Assembly (NCBI GenBank): GCA_965242865.1
Contig: CBDETK010000013.1
Span: forward strand, 5,088,001-5,152,000
Source of the DNA: Candidatus Latescibacterota bacterium
GTDB lineage: Bacteria; Latescibacterota; UBA2968; UBA8231
Reading direction: 5' to 3'
Length of the DNA: 64,000 nucleotides
The position numbers and the translations under genes were made by a program. Numbering within the stretch: the first letter of the stretch is position 1; the number at the start of each line of letters is the position of its first letter. Under the pieces are notes generated by a model, which saw only the letters and a list, made by a program, of their open reading frames with translations, made no database searches and was not told the DNA's origin. Positions 35,643 through 44,743 of this stretch are shown piece after piece.

Positions 35643-36980
35643 CTACAGCGCTTGCACCGCCTCGCGGACGCCCTGTACCAGCGCGTCGATGTGGTGGGGC
35701 TTGGTCGCCAGCGACACGTTGCCGCCCGTTCGCGTGTACAGCCCTCTGTTGAGCAGAGCGAAGAATAGCCAGCGGTGTAGCTGGGCGTCGTCTTGGGCTG
35801 CTTCGCGGAAATTGCGCGGCGGCTGGTCGAGGAAGTACAGGCGGAATATGGACCCGGCCACTACGACCTGCACGGCAACCCCAACCTCGCCAAACGCGGC
35901 TTGCAACCCCGCGGCCGCTCGCCGCGCCAGCCCTTCCAGCTGCTCGTAGGCCGCTGGAGTTAGCGCGTGGAGGGTCTGCAAGCCCGCGACTAGGGCGATG
36001 GGGTTGGCGTTGAAGGTGCCGGACTGTTGAATGGGCGGCCCGTCGGCTGGGTCGTATAGGTCCATGGCGTCGGCGCGGCCGCCGAAGGCCGCCCCGGGCG
36101 TCCCACCGGCGATTACCTTGCCCAAACAAACCAGATCGGGCTGCACCTGATAGGCGGTGTGCGCCCCGCCCGGGCCAAAGCGGAAACTGACGATTTCGTC
36201 GAAAATTAGCAGGGCCCCGGCGCGGGTGGTCGCGTCGCGCAGGCTCGGCAAAAAACCGGCCTCTGGCAGGGCCAGCCCGGCGGCCGTGGAAAGCGGGTCC
36301 ACGATCACGGCGGCCAGCTCTTGGGCGCAGGCGCCGATGATTTCGGCGCAGGCAGCCGCGTCGTTGAACGGCAGCACGACCACCTCGTCGAGGGTGTGGG
36401 CCATCAGCCCGGCCGAGGAGGCCACGCCCTGCGGTTTATGGGCTGGCCCCAACTCCGGCCCCAGCGGCGGCAGGTAACTCACCAATGCGCTGTCGTCTAT
36501 CCCGTGATAGGCCCCTTCAAACTTGGCGATTTTGGTGCGCCCGGTGTGCGCCCGCGCCACGCGCAAGGCGTTGAGGACAGCCTCGGTGCCCGAGGAGCAA
36601 AAGCGCACTTTCTCCAGCGCGGGCATGCGCGTCTGGAGTGCTTCGGCCATTTCCACTTCAAGGGCGAGGGGCCGCGAAAACCCCGTGCCCAAGGCGATTT
36701 GTTCGCGCAGGGCCGCGACGAGGGCGGGATGGGCGTGGCCCAAGGGCAGGGCCGTGTTGTTGTTGACAAAGTCGAGCAAGCGGTGGCCGTCGAGGTCGAA
36801 GAGATAGGCCCCCTCGCCGCGGTCGGCATAGAGGGGAAAGGGATCAATGTGGACGCCCGTGCGCGTGTTGCCGCCCGGCAGCGATTGCTTGGCTCGCGCA
36901 AACATCGCGGCCGAGCGGGGGTTGCGCGCCGCGTACGCTGCGATTTCCGCGTCGAGCAACGCCTTGATTTCTCGTGCCAT
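35643..36980 (-). CDS. Class III aminotransferase (glutamate-1-semialdehyde aminomutase-like)
   Basis: GAYLFDLDG, FCSSGTEA, KFEGAYHG, LIFDEI, LGKVIAGG, SGTFNANP. Confidence 0.9.
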   Translation of the reverse strand: MAREIKALLDAEIAAYAARNPRSAAMFARAKQSLPGGNTRTGVHIDPFPLYADRGEGAYLFDLDGHRLLDFVNNNTALPLGHAHPALVAALREQIALGTGFSRPLALEVEMAEALQTRMPALEKVRFCSSGTEAVLNALRVARAHTGRTKIAKFEGAYHGIDDSALVSYLPPLGPELGPAHKPQGVASSAGLMAHTLDEVVVLPFNDAAACAEIIGACAQELAAVIVDPLSTAAGLALPEAGFLPSLRDATTRAGALLIFDEIVSFRFGPGGAHTAYQVQPDLVCLGKVIAGGTPGAAFGGRADAMDLYDPADGPPIQQSGTFNANPIALVAGLQTLHALTPAAYEQLEGLARRAAAGLQAAFGEVGVAVQVVVAGSIFRLYFLDQPPRNFREAAQDDAQLHRWLFFALLNRGLYTRTGGNVSLATKPHHIDALVQGVREAVQAL

Positions 36981-37050
36981 GATTCATCCTTGCTGCGAAG
37001 GGACTGCGGATTTTGCTAGGGGAGTGGGAGAGATGCGGGAGGGCGAGAGG

Positions 37051-37128
37051 TGGTCGGGGTGGTCGGATTTGAACCGACGACATCCTGCTCCCAAAGCAGG
37101 TGCGCTGACCGGACTGCGCCACACCCCG
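37051..37128 (-). tRNA. tRNA-Pro(TGG)
   Basis: Cloverleaf CGGGGTG...CCTGC-TTTGGGA-GCAGG...GGTTCAAATCC...CACCCCGACCA with encoded CCA. Confidence 0.97.
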
Positions 37129-37160
37129 ACTGCTTAGAGAAGATAGAGATAGCGATGGTT

Positions 37161-37281
37161 GATGGCAACGGCTCAGGGGCGGTGGCGTTAGTCGGCTGGA
37201 TTCCCGCCCCGTGTCGGAGCACGGGGTGACGGTCTGGTGCGGGAATGACGGGAGACGATGGCAACGGCTCAGGGGCGGTGG
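37161..37281. repeat. REP-like hairpin flanked by 25-bp direct repeats
   Basis: gatggcaacggctcaggggcggtgg at 37161 and 37257, enclosing ggattcccgc...gcgggaatgac. Confidence 0.8.
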
Positions 37282-38084
37282 GCGTTGATCGCGTCGCGCA
37301 GCGCGCGGGTCGCCTGTCGGGCCGAGGCCGCGAAATCATTGCCTTGAGAGGCGTAGAGGATGCCGCGCGAGGAGTTGATGAGGATGCCCGCGCCCCGGGC
37401 GTCGCAGCCGTTTTTGACCGCACGCTCCACAGAGCCGCCTTGTGCGCCGACCCCGGGTATCAGCAAGGGCATGTCCGGCGCTAGGGAGCGCAAGCGGGCC
37501 AAGGGCTCGGGCTGGGTCGCGCCGGCGACTAGGCCGATGTTGTTGGCGGCGTTCCACTCGTGGGCCTTGGCAACGACGCGCTCGTACAGAGGCTGGTCGC
37601 CCATGAGTTGCTTTTCAAAGTCGGCGGCGCCGGGATTGGACGTCAGGCAGACGAGAAAGGTGGTGCGATCGGGGTACGCGGTGAAGGGCGCGACGCAATC
37701 TGCGCCCATGTAGGGAGTCACGGTCAGCGCGTCGCAGCCGAGGACCTCGTAAAAGGTGCGGGCGTATTGCGCGGCCACATTGCCGATGTCGCCGACCTTG
37801 GCGTCGATGATCACCGGGATGTCCGCGGGGATGCGGTCGAGGGTGTGCTTGAGCGTGGCAAAGCCGTCGGCGCCGAGGGCGTTGTAGAAAGCAAAGTTGG
37901 GCTTGTAGCAGCAGACGAGGTCGCAGGTGGCGTCGATGATTTGCTCGTTGAAGTAGAGGACGGGATCGGCTTTGGTGCGGACGCTGGCGGGCAGCTGGGC
38001 GGGGTCGGTATCCAGCCCGACGCAGACCAGCGAGTTATTCCGGCGAATCGCTTGGTTCCATTTCGTGGTAAAACTCGAGCTCAT
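37269..38084 (-). CDS. pyrF: Orotidine-5'-phosphate decarboxylase
   Basis: LVCVGLD, YKPNFAFY, DAKVGDIGN, LTSNPG, GAT, LIPGVGAQGG, NSSRGI. Confidence 0.95.
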   Translation of the reverse strand: MSSSFTTKWNQAIRRNNSLVCVGLDTDPAQLPASVRTKADPVLYFNEQIIDATCDLVCCYKPNFAFYNALGADGFATLKHTLDRIPADIPVIIDAKVGDIGNVAAQYARTFYEVLGCDALTVTPYMGADCVAPFTAYPDRTTFLVCLTSNPGAADFEKQLMGDQPLYERVVAKAHEWNAANNIGLVAGATQPEPLARLRSLAPDMPLLIPGVGAQGGSVERAVKNGCDARGAGILINSSRGILYASQGNDFAASARQATRALRDAINAHRP

Positions 38085-39201
38085 GCTCCATGCCTTCTGA
38101 TGTGAAAATAGAATCTGATGTGAAAATAGAATCGGTATAGGTGGAATCAAAGACCGCTGGTGCGGGGCCGAGCAGGAACGTCACCCGGGCTTGGCGCAAG
38201 AAGTCGCCGGCCTCGTCGGCTTGCAGCACCTGCGCGGCGTCAAAATCGTCGAGGATGGCGTCGCCCGAGTAGCGGCCGGCCGTGCCCGTGGCCTTGACGA
38301 TGAACGGCTTGGCGTCCTCCCCGCCGAGCCGTTCGCTGGTGTAAGCGCGGTTGAGGTCGTCGTCGTACCCGGCGACTCCGTAGTCTGTGGCGAGGCCGCG
38401 GTCCACGGTAGCCACCCCGTGAATCAGATGCCCGGCTGCGCTGAACACCTGCGGCGCGATGCTCGGTTGCAGCCCAATCCCGCGGACGTCGATGAGCAAG
38501 CCCGTGTAGGGCGCGTCGGGCACGAAAAACACGAGCTCGTCAGCGGCGAGGGAATCGGCGGGGGCGGGGGCTGTGGCGAGGGAATCGGCGGGAACTGATG
38601 CTTGGTCGGCGGCGAGGGAATCGATGAGGGCCGGGGCTTGGTCTGTGGCGAGAGAATCGGCGGCGGCTGGTGCTGCGTCGGCGGCGAGGGAATCGGCGGT
38701 GACTGGTGCTGCGGCCGCCACGATAGAGTCGGCGGCCGCCGGGGCTGCGAGGAAGGTGTGCGATCGGGGATCTACAGGCTCGACTTGGGGCAACACCGCG
38801 GCCGCGAAATCGCCGAGCAGAAGCAGCCGCACGGCGATCCGATACCGCCCTTGGTCCTCGCTTTGCGAGCCAATGGCCACGCGGGCGAACTCTTGAAAAT
38901 CGCGATTGAGGCCGGCGTCTTGCAGCAGGGTATCGGCGCTGAGGCGCACTTGGCCGATGAGTTCGCGCATGGTGCGGAACGCCTCGTCGCGGGCTTGGCG
39001 CAACCCGTGGAGTCGCTGCTGCACCGGGTTGGTGACCGCGGCCGGCGCGACGCCGTCGCCATACGCAAAGAGCGCGTGTTGCGTCCAGTCGATATAGCCT
39101 TCGGCTCGCGGCGAGCCCAGCGGCTCAATGGCGTAGCGGTCGGGCTGTTGGGCGGGAAGCCGTGCGGCAATCAACACGAGCACGGCGATTGGCAGAACCA
39201 T
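38035..39201 (-). CDS. Exported LPP20-like hypothetical protein with an ADSL-repeat linker
   Basis: Signal peptide; GYIDWT...G.G..P and YTGLLIDVRG..L.P domains separated by six xDS[LI] repeats. Confidence 0.75.
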   Translation of the reverse strand: MVLPIAVLVLIAARLPAQQPDRYAIEPLGSPRAEGYIDWTQHALFAYGDGVAPAAVTNPVQQRLHGLRQARDEAFRTMRELIGQVRLSADTLLQDAGLNRDFQEFARVAIGSQSEDQGRYRIAVRLLLLGDFAAAVLPQVEPVDPRSHTFLAAPAAADSIVAAAAPVTADSLAADAAPAAADSLATDQAPALIDSLAADQASVPADSLATAPAPADSLAADELVFFVPDAPYTGLLIDVRGIGLQPSIAPQVFSAAGHLIHGVATVDRGLATDYGVAGYDDDLNRAYTSERLGGEDAKPFIVKATGTAGRYSGDAILDDFDAAQVLQADEAGDFLRQARVTFLLGPAPAVFDSTYTDSIFTSDSIFTSEGMEHELEFYHEMEPSDSPE

Positions 39202-39251
39202 GTAGTGCTCCAACGAAAGAAAAATCACCCGGAGCCGCTGGGCTCCGGGTG

Positions 39252-39627
39252 TGGGAGGAGTGAGTCTATAAGCCGAGTTCTGTCCACGCACCTGAGGTGC
39301 GTTGTGCGGGCATTCATCTGGGGCGGCGGTTGCCCGGCCGCCTCGGTGCGGCCTACCCGGGAATCGAATGAGGCGGACCACCTCTTTCCCCTACTTGGCC
39401 TTGCTCCGAATGAGGTTTGCCTTGCCACCTGCGTCGCCGCAGGCGCGGTGAGCTCTTACCTCGCCTTTTCACCCTTACCCAGCAAACTGGGCGGTGTGTT
39501 TTCTGTGGCACTGTCTGTGGGGTCGCCCCCCCTGGGAGTTACCCAGCATCCTGTCCTGTGGAGCTCGGACTTTCCTCACCCGCGACCGCGAGGGGCCGCG
39601 AGCGCGTCCGCCCAACGTACTCCTCCC
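39252..39627 (-). ncRNA. rnpB: RNase P RNA, type A
   Basis: GAGGAAAGTCCGAGCTC, AGTGCCACAGAAA, GGGTGAAAAGG..GGTAAGAG, GGAGCAAGGCC, ACAGAACTCGGCTTA; the ends pair (GGGAGGAG/CTCCTCCC). Confidence 0.96.
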
Positions 39628-39639
39628 AAAATTGAGAAA

Positions 39640-40350
39640 TCAAGCCGACTGCTCGTCCCAGACCATGATGGTGCCGCAACTCTCGCAAAAGATGACGCGA
39701 TTGCCGAGGCGCACCTCGTTGCGAATTTGGGCGGGCATCTGATGGAAGCAAGCCCCGCAAGCCCCTTTGCGCACGGCCGCGACGCGAATCCCGCGCCGCC
39801 CCTTCTTGCGCTCGTACGTCCGCAGCAATTTGTCGTCAATGCCTTGGGCGACTGCCTGCCGGCTCGCCGCGACTTGGTCGATTTGCTCCTGCATGGTGCC
39901 GAGCTGACCTTCGAGCTCGTCAATGCGCTCCTGCTCGGCCGCGCGGCCCTCCTCAAAAGCGCTGCGCTCGTCGTCGAGCTGCTCCTGAATTTGCTCTAGG
40001 GCCTCCAGAGCTTTGATCAATTGCGTCTCGTGCTCGGCCAGGTCCTTTTTGCAGACTTCGATTTCGAGCTGGAGGGAGTCGTATTCTTTGTTGGTGGTCA
40101 CTACGGAAAAGCGCTCCTCGCGCTCGCGCAGGGCGGCCTTGCCGCTTTCGATCTCGCGCTCGCAGTGCCGCTGTTGCTTTTCGAGCTCGGCGCTCTGGGC
40201 CTCTAGACCGGCTAAGGCTGACCGCGCTTTTGCTATCCTGCGGCGACGCAGCTCAATCTCAGCGGGATATTTCTCTTTGGCCTCTTCGAGCTCAAAGAGC
40301 TTTTTATCGACCTCTTGGAGCTTTAATAGTTGCAGCAAACCCTCTTTCAT
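39640..40350 (-). CDS. Coiled-coil C4 zinc-ribbon protein (DUF164/CT398-like)
   Basis: LLKLQEVD, NKEYDSLQLEIE, CGAC...CESCG. Confidence 0.9.
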   Translation of the reverse strand: MKEGLLQLLKLQEVDKKLFELEEAKEKYPAEIELRRRRIAKARSALAGLEAQSAELEKQQRHCEREIESGKAALREREERFSVVTTNKEYDSLQLEIEVCKKDLAEHETQLIKALEALEQIQEQLDDERSAFEEGRAAEQERIDELEGQLGTMQEQIDQVAASRQAVAQGIDDKLLRTYERKKGRRGIRVAAVRKGACGACFHQMPAQIRNEVRLGNRVIFCESCGTIMVWDEQSA

Positions 40351-40380
40351 GCGGCCTCTCGTTTTTTGTGGCAGCGGTCA

Positions 40381-40410
40381 AACAAAAAGAGTGCATCTGA
40401 GATGCACTCT
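40381..40410 (-). terminator. Intrinsic terminator-like hairpin upstream of the zinc-ribbon gene
   Basis: AGAGTGCATC-TCA-GATGCACTCT followed by TTTTGTT on the minus strand. Confidence 0.7.
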
Positions 40411-40549
40411 AAGGATTGTAGCGTTAAGCGGTGGCTGGCGAACAAACACCCTGAAAAAAACTAGTAGGTTGCGTCATCAGCCGATTGTGGTTTGTGGTGC
40501 TTGGGTGCGGTAGGAATTGCATTTAATTACGGGCATTTGGCTACGGCAG

Positions 40550-41497
40550 TCAAGAGAACAGCCCCCGCGCCGCCTGCGCGACGTGCCCGGGAGTCAGGCC
40601 GTATTTTTGCAGCAAGTCCTCGTTGGGTGCGGATTCGCCGAAGGTGTCGCGGATGCCGACGCGCCGCATGGGCGTGGGGCAGCGCTCCCCGAGCACTTCG
40701 GCGACCGCGCCGCCCAAGCCGCCGATGATGGTGTGATCTTCGGCCGTCACAATGCGGCCGGTCTGCTCGGCCACGGCGACAATGGCGTCGGCGTCGAGGG
40801 GCTTGAGGGTCGGGACGTGCAAGACCAGCGCGGCGATCCCCTCGCGGGCCAATTCGTCGGCCGCGACGAGGCAGCGCGGAGTTTGGGCCCCGGTGGATAT
40901 GAGGGCGACATCCGCGCCCTCGCGCACGACCAAGGCGCGGCCCAGCTCAAACTCGTAGTCCGCTAAAAAGATGACCGGCTCTGGGTCGCGCGTCAGGCGC
41001 ACGTACACCGGGCCGGGCAGGTCGTTGGCCACCAGCATACAGGCGCGGACTTCCACGGCATCGGCCGGGGCCAAGACGGTCATATTCGGCATGGCTCGCA
41101 TGACCGAGAGGTCCGCGACTTCTTGGTGGGTTTTGCCCGTTTTGCCGGTCAGCAGGCCCGAGTAGGCCCCGCAGAGCTTGACCGGCAAGTTGGGCTGGGC
41201 CACGACGACGCGGAGCTGATCGAGGTCGCGGTTGACGATGAAGCAGGCGAAGCTGCTCAGCCACGGCACGAGCCCGCAGGTGGCCATGCCGGCCGCGACG
41301 CCCATCATGTTTTGCTCGGCAATGCCCATTTCGAGGAAGCGGTCGGGCCGCTCGCGGGAGACTGTGTCGGCCTTGGTCGAGTTGGCCAAGTCGCCGTCGA
41401 GCACATACACGCGGTCGTCGCGGTCGATGAGTTCGATGAGCGCGTCGCCAAAAGCATCGCGCTGGGCGCGCAGCTCGCCGGTGGGGGACAGGTTCAC
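40550..41497 (-). CDS. Transketolase, C-terminal (pyrimidine-binding) subunit
   Basis: DGDLANST, MGIAEQNM, THQ, GPVYVRL, TLKPLD, EDH..IGGLG. Confidence 0.93.
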   Translation of the reverse strand: MNLSPTGELRAQRDAFGDALIELIDRDDRVYVLDGDLANSTKADTVSRERPDRFLEMGIAEQNMMGVAAGMATCGLVPWLSSFACFIVNRDLDQLRVVVAQPNLPVKLCGAYSGLLTGKTGKTHQEVADLSVMRAMPNMTVLAPADAVEVRACMLVANDLPGPVYVRLTRDPEPVIFLADYEFELGRALVVREGADVALISTGAQTPRCLVAADELAREGIAALVLHVPTLKPLDADAIVAVAEQTGRIVTAEDHTIIGGLGGAVAEVLGERCPTPMRRVGIRDTFGESAPNEDLLQKYGLTPGHVAQAARGLFS

Positions 41498-42360
41498 AGG
41501 GCGGCCTCCTGCGCGGCGAGTTCCTCCTGCGCTCGTTTGAGGTCTGGGGCGGTCACGGGTTTGGAGTGCCAGTTGAAGTCGTTTTCCATGTAGGATATTC
41601 CCTTGCCCTTGACCGTGCGGGCGACGATGATGGTGGGTTGGCCGCGATGCGCTTTGGCCGCGGCAAAGGCCGAGAAAATCGCGGGAAAGTCGTGGCCGTC
41701 GGTCTCAATGGCGTTCCAGCCAAAGGCGCGCCAGCGGCCGAGGGGGTTTTCCTGCGCGGCCAAGCGGTCGAGCGCGCCGTAGCCCTTTGCGGTGGCCCAG
41801 CCGTATTGCTGGAGGCCGTTCCAGTCGAGGATGGCGGTGAGATTGTCGAGGCCGTAGCGCACGGCGACAAAGGCCGCCTCCCAGATTTGCCCCTCCTGCG
41901 AGTCGCCGTCGCCGACCATCACCCAGGTGCGAAAGTCCTGCCCCTTCAAACGAGCGGCGAGGGCCATGCCGAGGCCGGGCGACAGCCCTTGGCCCAGCGA
42001 GCCGGTGGACATGTCGAGGCCGGGGAGGACGCTCATGTCCGGGTGGCCTTGGAGGCGGGAGTCAATCGCGTCAAAGGTGGCGAGCTCTGCAATGGGCAGA
42101 AAGCCGCGCAGGGCCAACGCCGCGTACAGGCCGATGGACGAGTGCCCCTTGGACAGGATGAAGCGGTCGCGGCCTTGGGCGCGGGGCCGGGCTGGGTCGA
42201 TGTTCAGCTCGGCGAAGTACAAGGCGATGAGCAACTCGGCCGCGGACATAGGGCCGCCCAAGTGCCCCGCCCCGGCGTGGTGTACCGACTCGACGACGAG
42301 GCGACGCAGTTGGATGGCATAGCGTTTTAGCTCGGCGTGCCGCGCTGGCGTCAGGTTCAT
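41494..42360 (-). CDS. Transketolase, N-terminal (TPP-binding) subunit
   Basis: GHLGG, DRFILSKGH, LQGHP, STGSLGQG, GDGDSQEGQIWEA, TVKGKG. Confidence 0.93.
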   Translation of the reverse strand: MNLTPARHAELKRYAIQLRRLVVESVHHAGAGHLGGPMSAAELLIALYFAELNIDPARPRAQGRDRFILSKGHSSIGLYAALALRGFLPIAELATFDAIDSRLQGHPDMSVLPGLDMSTGSLGQGLSPGLGMALAARLKGQDFRTWVMVGDGDSQEGQIWEAAFVAVRYGLDNLTAILDWNGLQQYGWATAKGYGALDRLAAQENPLGRWRAFGWNAIETDGHDFPAIFSAFAAAKAHRGQPTIIVARTVKGKGISYMENDFNWHSKPVTAPDLKRAQEELAAQEAAL

Positions 42361-42412
42361 AGAAAATCTCCTTTTTGCGAACCGCTGCCGTAAGGTAGAA
42401 ATCGGCGCGGCC

Positions 42413-43414
42413 TTAGTCCAGCCACGGCGGCGTCACGCCAAAGGCCCGGCCGCACTCGGCTAGACGCTCAACGTCCTCTAAGCCGATGGGGACGCCGTCG
42501 CGGGTGTACGCTTCTTCGTTGCGGTGTTCAGGGGTGCCGGGCAGGGTGACTTCGTCGTACCCGCGCAGGGGAATCATCTGCTCGCTGGCTAGGCGCACGA
42601 GTTCATCGACGCCGTGGCGCACCTGCGGAGCGGGCGCGAAAAGGCCCAAGTCGAGCACGAGGATTAAGCTGCCCATGCGCGCGGCCGGCCACTGCGCGGC
42701 GATCGCTTGGGCGCGGTCGCTCCCTTGGCCGACAAAGGCCCCGCCGAGCAGGGTGGCGATGGCGGTGTAGCCCATGGACTTAAAAAAAGCCGCTGGGATT
42801 ACCTCTTCTATGGCTTCGATCGGCTCGCCGCGCTGGTAGTCGGCGAGGATGCAGGTGGCCACGTCGAGGACCACCGGCGGCCCTTCGCGCCCGGGCAGGC
42901 CAAAGCACAAGGGCGGGTTGCCGTAGTGAGCGGCGCGCTCGCCGTCGTTGCTGGGGTAGTACTGAGGGGAGGCCGCTTGTACCGAAAAACCAACGCAGTT
43001 TTCCGCCATGGCGCGGCGCACGTAGTGCCCGGCCGAGCCGTAGTGGCCAATGTGGCAGGCCGCGCCAATGGCGAGCCCTTTTTCCTTGGCCTTGGCGATG
43101 GCCCGGTCTGCGGCCAGCATGGTCGGCGCGTACCCGAGGCTGCCGTCGCCATCGACCAACACGTGGGTGTCGCTTTCGCGCAGGACGCGGATGTCTGGGG
43201 TGGGGTTGGCCTTTTTGTCGCGGAGCGTCCGGCAATACCCGTACAGGGCGCGGGTGCCGTGCGAGCGCACGCCGCGCAAGTCCGAATTGGTCAGTAGGTC
43301 GGCCAACTGGGCGGCGTGGGTGGCAGACAGGCCGGCCGCCCGTAGGCAGGCCGTGCCAAAGGCTCTGAGGTCGGCGGCGGCAATGCGTTTGAATTCTGCG
43401 GGGGGGCGATTCAT
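42413..43414 (-). CDS. Ldh_2 family oxidoreductase (type 2 malate/L-lactate/sulfolactate dehydrogenase-like)
   Basis: DLRGVRSHG, VDGDGSLG, HYGSAGHY, GNPP, LDVAT, LPG. Confidence 0.88.
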   Translation of the reverse strand: MNRPPAEFKRIAAADLRAFGTACLRAAGLSATHAAQLADLLTNSDLRGVRSHGTRALYGYCRTLRDKKANPTPDIRVLRESDTHVLVDGDGSLGYAPTMLAADRAIAKAKEKGLAIGAACHIGHYGSAGHYVRRAMAENCVGFSVQAASPQYYPSNDGERAAHYGNPPLCFGLPGREGPPVVLDVATCILADYQRGEPIEAIEEVIPAAFFKSMGYTAIATLLGGAFVGQGSDRAQAIAAQWPAARMGSLILVLDLGLFAPAPQVRHGVDELVRLASEQMIPLRGYDEVTLPGTPEHRNEEAYTRDGVPIGLEDVERLAECGRAFGVTPPWLD

Positions 43415-43443
43415 AAAAGTCTCCTGTGGGCGTTAGAGCAAAA

Positions 43444-44739
43444 TTAGGGCTGTTGTTGCAGGGCGTCGAGCAGGTGCTGGACCTTGGGGCGCAGGGCCCC
43501 GGCGGCCGCGCTGAGTGCTAGGCTGCGGTGCAACGCCTGTTCGGCGGTCGCGCGGTCCCCCTTGCTGAACAGGCCCAAGCCGAGCAGATACCAGCCCTCG
43601 GCGTCGTCTGGGCGCACCGCTGTTGCGCGGCGGCAGTGGGCGACGGCCTCGTCGTAGCGCCCGAGCTGGCCGGCGATGTGGCCGGCCTTGAGCAAGGAGG
43701 GAAAATGCGCGGGGTCTTGGGCGAGGGCGACCTGTGCGTAGCGGAGTGCCGCTTCGGGCTGTTGCAGCTTCATCAGGTCGCTGGACAAGCGGTTGAGCAG
43801 GGCGAGGTCCCCGGGGCGCAGGGCGACGGCCCGGTCGAATTTGTTCTCGGCTTGGGCAAAGTACCCGTGCCGGACGAAAAACAGGCCGAGGTTGTAGTGA
43901 TGGGCCGCTTCTTCGGGCGCGTTGAGGATGGCGGCGCGCAGCCGCTTGACCTCCTTGCCGCTGAGCGCTCGGAGGTGCTCAAAATTTTTCAGGGCCTGCT
44001 GGGCCAAGGAGTCGCGCCCGGCTTGGCGGGCGAGGGTGGCGAGGCGATAGAACGCGTCGGCAAAGCCGATGTCGAGCCCCGTGGCGCGCTGCAAGGCCGC
44101 TAGGGCCTCGGCTGGCCGATTTTCAGCCGCCAGACTTTGGCCGAGGTAGTAGTAGAGCGTGGCGTCGTCGGGAAAGAGGCGCAGGGCTTCGCGTAGCTCG
44201 CGGGTGGCCTCGGCATAGCGTCCGGTGGCCAAGTAAAGCTCGCCCAAGCGCCGGCGCACTGGCGAGTTGTCGGAGTGGAGCTGGACGGCGCGCTGGAGAT
44301 AGGGCGCGGCGCGATCGTACTGGCCCAACTTGGTGTAAATCCCGCCGAGGTTTACAAAGCCCATGGCGTAGTCGGGCTGGAGGCGGACGGTTGTTTCGAG
44401 GGCTTCGATGGCGAGGGCATAGCGGCCCTGCGCTGCGTGGGACGAGGCCAGCACGTTGTGGAGGGCTGCATTCGTGGAGTCGAGGGCTAGCCCGGCGCGG
44501 GCAGCGGCCGCCGCTTCTTCAAAGCGGGTCGCTGCAAAGTGAGCGCGGGCGCGGGCGAGGTGACTGGCCGGCGCGGGTGCCGGCGTTGGCTCGGACGCGC
44601 AGGCGGCGAGCGCGCAGGCCGCGCCGATGAGTCGCCCCCTAAGTACGCGCCCCTTGCTTTGCGTCCGGGATCGACGAGGGCAAGATGCCCTCGATCCTTG
44701 CAAGGCGGAGGCTGGTGTCGGGTAGTAAAGTCGCCCCAT
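43444..44739 (-). CDS. TPR repeat (lipo)protein; start uncertain
   Basis: LAAC lipobox-like segment followed by multiple TPRs. The N-terminal part of the longer ORF overlaps the upstream gene and was discounted. Confidence 0.8.
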   Translation of the reverse strand: MGRLYYPTPASALQGSRASCPRRSRTQSKGRVLRGRLIGAACALAACASEPTPAPAPASHLARARAHFAATRFEEAAAAARAGLALDSTNAALHNVLASSHAAQGRYALAIEALETTVRLQPDYAMGFVNLGGIYTKLGQYDRAAPYLQRAVQLHSDNSPVRRRLGELYLATGRYAEATRELREALRLFPDDATLYYYLGQSLAAENRPAEALAALQRATGLDIGFADAFYRLATLARQAGRDSLAQQALKNFEHLRALSGKEVKRLRAAILNAPEEAAHHYNLGLFFVRHGYFAQAENKFDRAVALRPGDLALLNRLSSDLMKLQQPEAALRYAQVALAQDPAHFPSLLKAGHIAGQLGRYDEAVAHCRRATAVRPDDAEGWYLLGLGLFSKGDRATAEQALHRSLALSAAAGALRPKVQHLLDALQQQP

Positions 44740-44743
44740 CAGC

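Noticed and set aside
35643-36980. Gene symbol hemL
   Set aside because: The family is clear, but there is no heme-pathway context and HemL-like paralogues are common.
37051-37128. tRNA-Pro as the integration site of the accessory region to its left
   Set aside because: No duplicated tRNA 3' end and no integrase were seen in the window.
38602-39999. 465-aa plus-strand ORF
   Set aside because: Antisense shadow of the LPP20-like gene, rnpB and the zinc-ribbon gene; no recognisable motifs.
40455-40490. Fluoride/SAM riboswitch or hammerhead suggested by GCTGATGAC
   Set aside because: The other required conserved elements (GGCGATGG..TTCGCC, SAM P1, GAAA core) are absent.
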